A DNA stretch of 63,812 nucleotides, counting the filler, from Sphacelaria rigidula (lineage: Eukaryota), in NCBI GenBank assembly GCA_964200075.2. It is 8 parts of 8 records of this genome, joined end to end, with 100 filler letters (N's around TTAATTAATTAA, not from the genome) between each part and the next. Parts side by side here need not be neighbours in the genome. Positions count along the whole stretch, not along the records: positions 1 to 7,890 come from CAXNAA020013086.1; positions 7,991 to 15,880 come from CAXNAA020013087.1; 6 more parts are not named here. One strand, 5' to 3'. Positions 1 to 11,525 of the stretch are shown in pieces. How positions within the stretch are numbered: the first letter of the stretch is position 1; the number at the start of each line of letters is the position of its first letter. Made by a program: the position numbers and the translations under genes. A model generated the notes under the pieces. It was not told the DNA's origin and did no database searches. It worked only from the letters and a program-made list of their open reading frames with translations.

Positions 1-75
1 TTCAATGACAATCTGGCTCGAAATTTCGAGCATTAAATGGCCCAATATACCCCCCCCCCTATCGTAGGATGACTC
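1..75. mobile_element. Right end of a Sola-like MITE inserted into the Gypsy RNase H region
   Basis: Ends CCCCTATCGTAGGATGACTC, the same terminal repeat as copies at 2604-2855, 26097-26350 and ~40411-41813; it abuts the Gypsy pol sequence at 76. Confidence 0.65.
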
Positions 76-2603
76 CTCATACCCCTGCTTGGGATATGAT
101 AAAAGCGACAGCATGCGCCACCAAATCTTGCGCCTCGTCCCACGCCGGAGCACGCCTGGAGGTCCATGTCGACTCCTCGATTGTCCGATTTGACGCCACT
201 CGCTTGGTACGGCGCACGTTACCCTGCATGTGTTCCTCCAGTAATACCCGCAGTGGCCCCACCACCTCCGCCAAACGCGGCAGGGACGTTCTCAGCCAGT
301 TTACCGCCTGCAGGAACTGCATAAGCTCGCCTGCTGTGCGCGGGCACCTAAGATTGGCCAGCCCGCTCAGTCTCTCGCGGTCATGAGCCACTTGACCACC
401 TGAAAAGACCTTTCCGCGTCATGTGATTTATGTGTCGTAGAACATCCACTTGTGCGCAGCCACAAAAAAACCAGCATCCTCCAAACGGCCCAAAATCTCG
501 TCCAGTGTACACAACAGATCATCCTCATCTTTACCCCACCACAAGATATCACCCACCCATACTTTGCACTGAAGTCTGGTCAATATAACTGTCATGATGC
601 CTTCAAAATACCCCGTCGCATTCAACACCCCTTGCAGCACCCGTGTGGGGTAAACAGATCTTCGGGAGTCGCGGTCGTGAATATTTCTTGTCTATCAGCC
701 GCCAACGGCATCTGCTAGTACCCCTGCAGCATATCAATCTTGCCAATATACGCAGCGCCTAGCAGGTCGATCATCTCCGCCTCGTGGTTAGGCATAACAT
801 TCGGAGCCTTCTCAATCTGCTTGTTTACCGCGCGATAATCACTCACCAGTCGATAACCGCCCTTCTTCGGCGTCGCCATGACCGCATTAGCCCACACTGC
901 CTGTAAACTGCGAAATACTAGCCCAAGCGCCACCAGCGTCGCCATACACCCTGCTAACCACGTTGCCTTTACAGGGGAATGCACCCGCGGGCTCGCCTTG
1001 ACTGCTCTAGCCCCAGGTTTGAATCTCACCTTCCATGGCTTTACACGAGCAGGCGGATCACCGCGCAGTGCTCGCCGAAAAGCGTTGACAAGGCGCCCAA
1101 AAACCTCCCGAAGCTTATCAACACCGCTCGCCGACATACCCTTGTCCGCAGTCGCCTGTACTGCATGATCCAGTGCAACTAGACGCTCTGCCAGCTCCTC
1201 CTCTGGATTCATGTTCATCTCGGGACCACGCAACATCAATCGCTCCACGGGGGGATCGACAGGCTCCTCTTGTCCACCTGGATCCTGTAACGCCTCAATC
1301 GCAATGTTCACACCCCTACATTCTCGGAATTCAGGCGCATCCATATCTCTCACCAATGCGTGTCTTGAGCGTGCGCATGCGACCAGCCCACTGTACACGT
1401 CAATGTCCATGGCCTCCAGCGTACCGCTCCCGATGATCACATCATCACATCATCGGCACCTGGCATAACCGCATAATGACACGGATCCAACACCACCAGC
1501 CTCCAGCTGGTGTGCAAAGCGGTGCGCACTCGGCACGTCTTCGACTGCATACTCCGTACATTACCATCAGGTAGTTTCACCGGGTGTGCACGAGCCATAC
1601 CCGTGACAACTGACACATCAGAGAACACTGCTTGCAACTACTGGACCGCCACTTTTTCAGACATGATCGTGATGCCAGCCCCCGAATCCAAAACTGCAGT
1701 AACAGAGCAAACGTTCTTGACTGTGAAACCTGAAACGGGCAAATCTGCCCGGCAGCATCGCTGCTAACGGTCGACTATTATATGCCTGTAAATCTTCAAC
1801 CTCAGCGGTATGCAAACCCCGCCATACTGGCATTGCCTGAGGCGTCCACTCCTGAGCCGGTCCCGCCAGCAGTTGGGTTTGAACTGCAGGAGCTGGAGCA
1901 CAAGGCTGGGGCGGCACCATGCTATCCGCACTACTAGCACCCCCGTGCGTTCCATTCCCGGGGAAAACAGTCCGTGTGGGAGCAGGACCTTTACTGCCCC
2001 CCCGCTGACCATGGACTGTTGCTGCTGCTGCAGCTGCGGCGGCAGCGACGACTTTTCTCGCCCACCTGACACATTCACCGCGGCCGCAGGTGTGCTCTGT
2101 TTGATACAGTTCTTGTTGTAGTGGCCCTTATCGCCACACTCAAAACAACCTGCATAGCTCGGACCAGGTTTGCGGGGCTTTTCCGAGCTCTTATGGCCAC
2201 TACCTGCTGCGGCGGCCGCAGCCGCTGCGCCGGCATGCGATGTCAGTTTATTCGAGCCTTGTGAGCCGCTTTTTTGCCTAAGCTGCAGTTGCTGGCGGCG
2301 GTGTTCATCAATTTCCTCAACAAAAGTCTTCCATTTTTCCGCCAAGTCATGAGCTACCTCATAAACCACTCTCGGGCTCTCTTTCCAGTCTCTTTTCATA
2401 TAGAGTATATTTTTAACTTTATTCTTGAACTCCGGTGGGGTCAGGCCGGCGACCATAGCTCTGGTAATGATGTGTGCTGGACTAGGCTTGAACGTACGGT
2501 CAGATTCAAGGAAAACGCACTCCGCACCTGCATTTTCCGCAAAGAACTCCTGTAATGAACTCCAATGCCCTTCTACACGACCCATTGCAGTTGGTTCAGA
2601 CCG

Positions 2604-2855
2604 AAGTAATGCTTTGATAGGGGTTGCACTTTTGTTTCTGGGTCTCATTTTTGTAGGAGCCCAAATATATGAGGCTCACTGTGCAACCGAAATCTTCGAG
2701 GATAGGACATCGAGATGCACACAGGGGCCTTTTCGTGAATCGGCATCATTTTCAGCCTGTTCCAAGTGAAAATGATGCCGATTATCAAAATGATCCGTGC
2801 AACACCCTGAGAAACATTTTCGCTCATAAAGTGCGACCCTACCGTAGCATCGCTC
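2604..2855. mobile_element. Sola-like MITE inserted in gag of Gypsy A
   Basis: Imperfect TIRs AAGTAATGCTTTGATAGGGG...CCCTACCGTAGCATCGCTC; 4-bp TSD ACCG (2600-2603, 2856-2859). Removing it restores gag ALAARSEPTAMG, matching GLAARNEQDAMG in element B. Confidence 0.85.
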
Positions 2856-3413
2856 ACCGTGCGGCAAGGGCCTGTTTGACGCCTGCTGCAGCTTCGGAAG
2901 GATAAATTTACATGTCCATCCAGCATTTTGCGTGGCGTGCAATCCCTTGCTGCAATTCGTCTTCGTCGAGTGGCGACCCGTCAAAGATGGTGTCAGGCAC
3001 GTAGTTCTGGATGTGCTTTGACACCAACTCTTGCATGGTCAAGAGTGCGCACTCAACCGACCGGCCTTTCTTACTTTTCCCCGCTACCTCCTCATATTCG
3101 CAATACCTTTGGTAAAGGCGTCTGGAAGCTTCCCACTGAATACTCGCCCACATTCAGGCACTTTCAACGATCCATCCAAGGTCAATTCGGTTACTGCAAA
3201 CTTAACCTCATCAACCGTGTCGCTGGTGCCCCCTTTCCTTCGCGCTGCCATCCTTCCAATAGCCTCCTGTCACCGCAGTCGCCTTGGATTCGTGTGGGCT
3301 GCGCCTTTCTCTTCGCCGCTTTCTCCCCCCCTGTTATTCAACGTGAGTGTCCTCACGTTCCACAAACGGTCGGCTGCGACGTCGAAAATCTAATCCGGAA
3401 ACGACAAGTTTCC

Positions 3414-3679
3414 TGAAAACGTTTATCGTGAATCTGTCTGGAAACAGAACAAGGTTACAGTGCTGCTCCAGAGGCTTCCTCCCTGTCACGGGCTCCAGAG
3501 ACTTCAAGACTTCGAGCAGTTGTACAAACAGCAGTCTTTCGTAAACCAGAAGTGACCCTTCTTTGCTGCCCTCACAAACACAATATGCTACACATCCGAT
3601 AGTCATCCTCCGAACAATCAATCCATGATCCACCGCATATCTACATGTAGCATGTATACTGTAGGTGGACTACTCTACA
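3414..3679 (-). repeat. Putative 5' LTR of Gypsy A
   Basis: On the minus strand it begins TGTAGAGTAGTCCA and ends ATAAACGTTTTCA; it aligns with 3827-4120. Boundaries approximate. Confidence 0.7.
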
Positions 3680-3826
3680 GACGTTAGCACACCTTTTGCT
3701 GGTCTTGTTTGCTGCAAACTAATCAGGCCTGCAGACTTATTTCCCTATCTTAAAGTGTCAGCTGCTTTTTCAGCGGACCTACCGCCTTTCAGCGGACTCA
3801 ATGAACGTCCATTATAGACTTCTGTT

Positions 3827-4120
3827 TGTAGAGTAGTCCATCTCCAGTACACGTACGTGTAGGCCCATGATGATCTACAAGTGGAACAAGCTGCTGTAGG
3901 CGTTTTCTATTGGTTGACAGACTTGCGGGTCTGATCGGCAGACGGTGTTGATTTGAGCATCACATGCTTCACGCATGTGGTTACTTCCGATAACAAAGAC
4001 TGTGTGTTTATGAATAACAATTGTCTTGAAGTATCCAGGCCCTAGTAAGGGGGGAAGCCCTTCGAGCAATCTTGTGACCTTGTTCTGAGTCCAGGAGGAC
4101 TCTATAATAAACGTTTATCA
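3827..4120 (+). repeat. Putative 5' LTR of Gypsy B
   Basis: Begins TGTAGAGTAGTCCA and ends AATAAACGTTTATCA (polyA-like signal then CA); homologous to the LTR of A. Confidence 0.7.
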
Positions 4121-7100
4121 AGAGGAACCCGCTGGTTCCTGGAAGAGGGTTTTCAGCTGTGGGCAGCTGCGGAGAAATTTTATCAAAATTTGTGCACAGG
4201 AGTGTGCACTCTGTATCGTGAGGAACCTCGCTGTCAACGCAGAGACGGCTAGGTTGGCTGGAACTGTTGCATGAAGCTATGGCAGCGCGCAACAAGTGGT
4301 TGATGACGATGCAGGCGAAGAGGTGAAGTTTAAGTTTACTGAGCTTATGCCTGCAGGATCTCTAAAAGCCCCAGAGTACGGACGGCAATTTCGCGAAAAT
4401 GCGTCCCGACGTTTTTATCAGAAATACGTCGAGTATGAAGAGGCGGTCAAAATAAACAACAAAAGACATAGCATGCAGGCCGTCTTACTGACTGTTACTG
4501 AACGGGTGCCGAGGCACATCCGTGCGTGTTTGTCACGCGCGGTTTTTGACGGATCCGTGCTTGACGAAGATGTTCTCAAGGTGGCACGAGGCCGACACGC
4601 GAAATGTTGGCAGGATGAAGAGACTGATCCTTCGGTTGCTGCTGCTGGTGTTCGGAAAGGGTTGGCTGCCCGCAACGAGCAAGATGCGATGGGAAGAGTA
4701 GAAGGGCAATGGGGTGCCCTGGATAATTCTATTGCGGAGAATACTAGCGCTGAGCGTGCGTTCCGCGATGATACAGATTTCAAACCAGGACCCGCTCAAA
4801 TCATAACTCGGGAAATATTGAATGGACTAACCCCCCCCCCGGATTCAAAACCAAAGTCCTCAACATGTTGAACATGAAGGGGGGGTGGAAGGAGACCCTG
4901 GGCTTGTGTTTAACACGGCTCGGGAAGCAGCGGAGGCATGGAAGACGGTGGAAGCGGCGGATAAGCAGCGCCGTCAGCAGCCGCAGCTGAACAAAGGAGT
5001 GGCAGCGGGACTTCCGGAAGCAAGCGCCAACCAAATGGTGGACAAACGGCGAGCAGTGAAAATGGGACTGCCAGTTTCGGAAAAACCCGCAAACCAGGCC
5101 CAAACTATGCAGGATGTTTCATATGTGAAAACCATGGCCATTTCCGGAAGGATTGAAAGCAGCAAGGCCAGGCTGGTGCTACACAACCCAGTGACGGTGA
5201 GCAGACGAAGGCTGGTGACAAGCAGCAGCAACAACAGCAGCTGTCGCAGGGCCCTGCACAGGTGCCTTGCGGAGGGGGCACGAGTCCCCCCCCTACAAGG
5301 GCTGTCTTTTCAGCCGATGGACAAAGTGCTCCCAGCGGGAGGGCGACGTTGCCACCAGAACCGGTCGCTTCTACTGGTGGCGTGCAGCAGACCATCTCAT
5401 CGCACTCGTTCCCGGGTTCGAAATCTGAGGCGGTGCTAGCATGGAGATCGCTCAAAGCGGGTGAGGTGTCAGGTTTTCAATCTGAGGGTCTGCAAGTAGA
5501 TAACAAGGAAAGGTGGTGTCTTGCCGACTTGTTTGTCCCGAGTGCAGGGGAAAAGGGCGTTTGTCCGGTCACGGCTATTTTAGATTCAGGATCTGTACTT
5601 ACGACCATGTCAGCTAGTGTGGCGGCGAAATTGCAAGCCATGGTTCCAGATGTCCAAGTGGTGAGACCGATGGCTGGTGAACAGTTGGTGAAATTGGCAA
5701 ATGGAAATGTTGAGCGCGTGAAGCAGAAAACTTGCCCTGTCCGCAACGCTTTGCACACCACCTGGGGTCCGGTTGTATTGGATCCATGTTTCTATGCGGT
5801 CATGCCGGGTACCGATGATGTCATAATCATGGGGAGCCCTATGCTAGAGGAGCTTGGCATCGACGTGTACAGTAGTTTAGGTGCCTGTGCGCGGACAAGA
5901 AACACTTCGGTGCGTGGTGTAGACACGCCTGAATCAAGGGTTGTCGACGTATCAACACCGCGGTTGAGGCTCTGCAGCACCAAGGAGATCGGGAGGAGCC
6001 CATGGATCCATCAGTCGAGCAGCTGGTGTCGCGCGGTCCGGAGATGAGTATGATCCCGGAACAAGAGCTCGCTGAGCATAAGGTCGCCCTGGAGGAGGTG
6101 GTACTAGCGGCTGCCAATGATGGTATGTCCGAGAGCGGCGTGGGCAAGCTTCGCGAGCTTGTAAACCGCCGTGCGAATGCTTTTCGGCGAGCGCTACGTG
6201 GTGATCCGCCCGCTCGTGTCGCTGGAGCTACGGCGCTTAAGGCTGGGCCGCGATCATACCCTCTGGATGAGATGCTACGGTTGGCACGTTGCATGGCGAC
6301 GTTGGTGGCGCTCGGGCTCGTGTATCGCAGTTTGCAGGCAGTGTGGAGCTTGACTGTTGCAACGCCTAAAAAGGGCGGTTTCAGACTGGTGAGTGATAAC
6401 CGTTCGGTCGCTAAGCAGATTGAGAAAGTGCCGACTGTGATGCCAAACCAAGAAGCGGAGATGGCGGATTTATTAGGGGCTGCTTGTTTTGGAAAGCTAG
6501 ACATGCTGCAGGGATACTGGCAGATGCCATTGGCGGCAGATACCCAAGAAATCTTCACGATCGCAAACCCTTACGGATTATTTACGCCTAAGCGCGTGCC
6601 TCAAAGAGTACTCAACGCTACGGGGTATTTTTAGTGCCCTATGACGGAGCTGTTGACTGGACTTCCATGTAAGGTGTGGGTAGATGACATCTTGTGGTGG
6701 GGGGGGCAAATGAAGATGACTTGCTGTGCACGCTGAATGCGATTTTAAGCCGCCTCGAGGATGCTGGTCTTCTTGCGGCTGCACACAAGTGCATGTTTTA
6801 TGATACGCAAATTACGTGATGCGGAAAAGTTCTCTCGAGTGGCCAGGTGGCTCACGACAGGGAGCGGCTGAGCGGTGTGGCGAATATGAGGCGTCTTCAA
6901 GCCGCAGGCGAGTTGATGCAATTTTTGCAAGGCGTGAATTGGCTGCGGACGTCTCTTCCGCGACTTGCCGAAGTGGTGGAGTCACTTCGTCTCCTGCTCG
7001 AGGAGCATATGGTGAGCAACGTGCGCCGTACAAAGCGGGTTGCTTCGAACAAGACAATCACGGAGGCGGCGTGAACGTTTGAGCGCGCGCAAGCTTGAAT

Positions 7101-7890
7101 AGCGGCGCAAGATGTGGTGGCACATGCTGTTGCTCTGTCACATCCCAAGGAGGGCTATGAGGTGATGATGTTTCCAGACGCGTCGGATCTTCATTTGGGT
7201 AGCTTCGCGACCCAGGTACCGAGAGCTGAGTTGGAGCGCGATATAGTGGTGGAGGACATGAGTCATGAGCCCCTAGGAATTTTAGTGGGACATTTCGAGG
7301 AGCGCAGTTGCGGTGAGCTCCGGTGGACAAGGAAGGATATGCCATCGTGAGTATGTTTCGTAGGTTGGAGTACTTTTTGTGGGGAGGAGTGACCATATTT
7401 GCGGACCATCGCAATCTCGCTAATTTTCGATCCCGAAGCATGTGTGACCACACTGGCGAAAACTACCGCCCAGCGCCTTGGACAATGGAAGACTGTACTC
7501 GGGCAGCATGGTTATTCAATCATGCATATTTCTGGGGAGCGTAACTGCTGGGGAGATCTACTGACCTGGTGGGTGAACGTTCCAGCGGTATCCGTGAGAG
7601 CCATCGCTGTTTTTGCAAGTGAAGAGCGTGATGAGACGGTACCGTGGAAGGAGGCCGTTCGTGAAGCCCAAGAGAAAGCCCGTGAGGGGTTAGGAGGTAT
7701 GTTTGATGGGGCCGAGACGTTTACTGCCGCTGTTGGCCGTGTACTCAAAGACGGCGAGGGTTTGTTTCGCGTGCATGTTGCAGGGAGAGATGTACTGTGG
7801 ATCCCACCGGAAGCGAAAGAGCTACAAACACGCTTGATGGTATGCGCTCACATGAAAAGGGCTGGTCACCGAGGGGTTGTGGCAACTTCA
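3827..7890 (+). mobile_element. Degenerate Ty3/Gypsy LTR retrotransposon B (gag, PR, RT, RH, start of integrase; truncated by contig end)
   Basis: Gag from ~4296, protease AILDSGS (5262-6047), RT GFRLVSDNR / FGKLDMLQGY / WVDDI, RNase H FPDASD...ADHRNL, and integrase zinc-finger start CAHMKRAGHRG. PR-RT-RH-IN order; frameshifted. Confidence 0.95.
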
Positions 7891-7990
7891 NNNNNNNNNN
7901 NNNNNNNNNNNNNNNNNNNNNNNNNNNNNNNNNNTTAATTAATTAANNNNNNNNNNNNNNNNNNNNNNNNNNNNNNNNNNNNNNNNNNNN
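7891..7990. other. Artificial contig spacer (N44-TTAATTAATTAA-N44)
   Basis: 100-nt N run with a six-frame stop linker; identical spacers at 15881-15980, 23870-23969, 31859-31958, 39848-39947, 47837-47936 and 55825-55924. Confidence 0.98.
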
Positions 7991-10900
7991 ATTCAGTTCT
8001 GCACGCATGGCACTCAACCACATTTCCTTATACTCCGATTTTTCTATGTCTCCTACTGTTACGGGGGGAGTTTCCACATCTCTCACGTGCAGACCGATGG
8101 GAGAACGCAAACCAAAACTGGGTTCCGCCTCTGTCCCGTTTTCGGCAAAAAAACAAAAGTACTCCTGCTCCGCAAAAGCCTCCTTGATCAGCATGGCCGC
8201 GCTGCCCTCCACCTCTGGTTCGGCTGCTGCAGTGATCAGCTCCGTCATCCCGCACTTATCCATTGCCGTTCTATACAGTATAGTCTCCGCTTGAGTCCTC
8301 GCCTGAACCCTCGCCATCGCGCGGGAGAAAAATTCGTTTCTTTCCCATGCCAGCTCATCTGCCACCGCCGCTAGCTCGTTCCGGTCGGCTGCCGCTCTCG
8401 TCGCACTGCGCGTGCGGCCTGCCATTTGTGGAGGCAGAGACAACTCATCGTCGAGTGCAAGACGGCGTAGCTCCGTCCGTGGGATTTCGGGAGCTCCACC
8501 GCCCCCCCCGTCGTTGCGCTCGGGGGTGTCTACGGTTGTCGGTGTTGTTGCTATCGGCGTTGTCGGCGGCGTTGTTGCTGTCGGCGGCGACGTGACTGTC
8601 GGCGGCGATGTGGGCGTCGCTGATCCCCCGCGATCAATGAGATGCCGGACAGGGTTGCGCAAAACCCCGCCCCCCCCCCCCCCTCGCTTCTGCAAGGAGG
8701 TGGCGAGGTCATCTCACCCCCCCCCCCCCGCCAATAGCGGTGGTCTGTTGTGTCGCGTCTGCGTTCAGCTCTGGGTTGGGAAGCAAGAACGACACGTGAC
8801 GTGAACCGCGGGGTGAAGCACGCGCCGCCGGAGTCTGCTGTTCCGCGGACTTGCTGCCGGCCGGCCCTCCCTCGATCTTATCATCCCTCGCTCCGTCGGG
8901 CGTCGGGATCGCTTGGATGGGTTGCCGAAGTCCTTTTCCTTCCGAGCATCCTCGGCACGATCTCAACTTGCCGCGAAGCTCCACTCCGAGCTGCTTTGCA
9001 GTCCGCCGGAGCAGGTCCTCGTGTCTTCAACTTGAGGGTTGGAAAGTTTCCCCGGGGCAATCACAGCGCATGCAGACGCATGCTTGTCATGACCTTGCGG
9101 ATAGATGCGTTTGGCGTACATGATCAATTGTCTGTGCTGACCTGGGATTTGCAGGGTATTGCCTGACTTTAACTCAACCCGGAAGCCGTTACTAGACCCA
9201 ATGTAGGTGAGACCCGCGTTGGACATCCTGGTCAGTGACAACAGATGGTGACGGACACAAGGTGCGTGGTCTACATTTTTCAAATGCAAGACTATATCGC
9301 GTCCGTCAGATCGTGCAGATAGAGCCACGTTTCCTCTTCCCACGATCGGGTAGGTACCACCGCCTGCATACCGTAGTACCCTTCCACTGCATTTTCTATC
9401 ATCCGTCATCTTACTTGAATCAGGAGAAAAGTGCGAAGTGGCCCCCGTGTCAAGTACCCACGGTTTGCCCCCATCTGACCGCTCTACACCCCCCTTCCCA
9501 GTTTCAAACGTATACTCGCCTGTGATGACCTAATCTACCGTCATGCCGAGGCTGGTGAACGCTTCTACATCAGCATCCGAAAAGACGAAGTCGTCGTCCA
9601 CCACGTCTTCCGCCACGCCCATCACAGTCGCCGCGTCCTCCACAGTGCTCTGACAGTCAATCAAATTATATCCTCTCTTCCCGCACCTCGCGCAACACCT
9701 GTCTGGACAGTCTCTCGCTCGATGTGTGGTCATCTTCTGACAAACGTGGCACCTCCACGGCGTCGCAGCCACCGACTGGCTTGTTGACGATGATGCCGGC
9801 GACTGGTTGTTTTTGCCCTGTCCCCCATCAGCTGCGCGTCCTGGGTTCTGGATCTTTCCCGGTTTACCTTTCCGGTGTGAGCCGTTAGGTTTGCCGGAAT
9901 GGCCCTTGACCGCAAGGGCCTGGTCGCCCGGGAAAGCCCTCTTCCCCTTGGCGAGTTCCTGCTTGAAAAGTGCCGATTTGAAACATTTTCGAACCGACGT
10001 CACTACGACTTCCCTCGTGAGCGGACCCTCGCGCTCCTCCAACGCCTGTTTTTGGTAGTTATACTCGCAAGGAAGCTCATTGACAAATTTGAGGAGGGTT
10101 TGCGCCTCCGTCAGGATGATGTTGGTGTCGTGTTATTTTAACTCTCTCGCCATCTCTTCCATCTCGATTAGTTTTTGAACAGGATCATCGCGAACTCCAA
10201 TTTTCACGTGATCATATTCTTTTAGAAGAGCTAATCTAGCTCCGTTGGTCTCGGGGGTGTAGAAACCATTCAACTCACGCCACACAGCTGCAGGAGACGG
10301 AATTCGGAACAAAACATCCCGATCCCGCTTATGTTCGAGACTCGCCACCAACATTTGCCTCGCCCTCACGTTTGCAGCTACAGTGCCCTTTCCGTGCCTT
10401 GCTTAGAGACAACTCAAGGATAACGCCTTGTTTCCCACCTCCATATCGTATGCCCTATCTTCTGACATAGTAAACACCCAATCAACTGCTTCGCTCGTGG
10501 CAAACATGATTAGCTCGCGACTGTAGTAGTTAAACTCTGAACTCTTCCCAAAGAATTCAGGTACAGTTGCCTTGAAATCCGGGACCCCAGAAATATTTTG
10601 GACACTTGGTCGATCGTGACCGAACACTGCGACGGACTCACTAGCGGGGTCTGCACCCCTTGCTCCGTCGCTTGCTGTCTTGTGGTCGCTCCCGCACGGA
10701 GCTCCCTGCTCGCCCTCGCGGCTCCGTCTTCGGCCTTGGGGTGTGATGTGATTGGCTGAGCTCTCAGCCCGGTGTTGTTGTGTTGTTTGGTCTTGTTCGC
10801 TTTCGACGACGCCACTCTACCTCGCGCCCCCGGACTCTCGGTCTTCGATGTCATCTACCCTACCCTGTATTCCAGTCTCTGTAAATTGTACATCTCTGAC

Positions 10901-11298
10901 CATCTCGGTCAGTGTGCTAAACTGACCACTGAACAGACTCATCATATTTCCAAGTTGACTCGTCAACCCGTCTAACTTTTCTCCTGAAGACGGAGCGTTG
11001 CCATCGTTCCTAGCCATAGTTGTCCAATCGATTGATCACTAGTGTATTCCTTGGCTCAGGCACAGGGTAATGATTTTCTATCTTTTATTGAAGAGCACCC
11101 AAGTTCTACTGTAACTTGGGAGAGTGCTGATGAGATGGAGAGTAGTTATACATGAGTGGGCAAGGGTGGCGGTCTGCTCCGCTGCTCTCAGCCGTACTGT
11201 ACCATATTTGCAAACACATGACTGTCGGTACTCGTACGTCACTCCGATCCCCGGTTCTACGTAGATCCAGCATTACTGGGTATCTGAATCACTCGAAC
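7991..11298 (-). mobile_element. Degenerate Ty1/Copia LTR retrotransposon 1 (gag, zinc knuckles, protease, GAG-pre-integrase, integrase core deleted, RT start)
   Basis: Gag fragments (VPDFKATVPEFFG, AAVWRELN..Y), knuckles CHVCQKMTTHRARDC / CARCGKRGY, protease DTGATSHFS, CRGCSEGK, and the pre-RT motif EMWLSAMRAELN at the contig edge. Putative LTR ~11043-11298. Homologous to 31959-35300. Confidence 0.9.
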
Positions 11299-11525
11299 AT
11301 GTCCGTCCAGGACTATAAACATGAGAAAACAGGAAGACTAACGATCGTGCGGAGCATAGCTGTGCACCATCCACATATACACGAGCGAGCCAAGCAATGC
11401 AATCGCTCATTGTGGGAAAAGATATAATGTACGTTCACAGCGTCATGTATTGGAATGTGTTAGGATGGGCTAGGAACAGTGCACCAGACATGAAGTGGCG
11501 ACGCACATTGCATCGATAACCTCAC

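Larger units (their letters stand above)
76..3679 (-). mobile_element. Degenerate Ty3/Gypsy LTR retrotransposon A (5' LTR, gag with zinc knuckle, protease, RT, start of RNase H)
   Basis: Gag with CFECGDKGHYNKNC knuckle (1764-2648), protease region, and RT motifs GYRLVSDYRAVNK, IGKIDMLQGY, GVLNATGYF, KVWVGDILWW and LMQFLQAVNWLR. Several frameshifts/stops. Colinear with element B. Confidence 0.93.

Noticed and set aside
7943-8695. Novel Pro/Thr-rich protein
   Set aside because: It is the low-complexity IN-RT linker of Copia pol, ending in the WxxAMxxEL motif.
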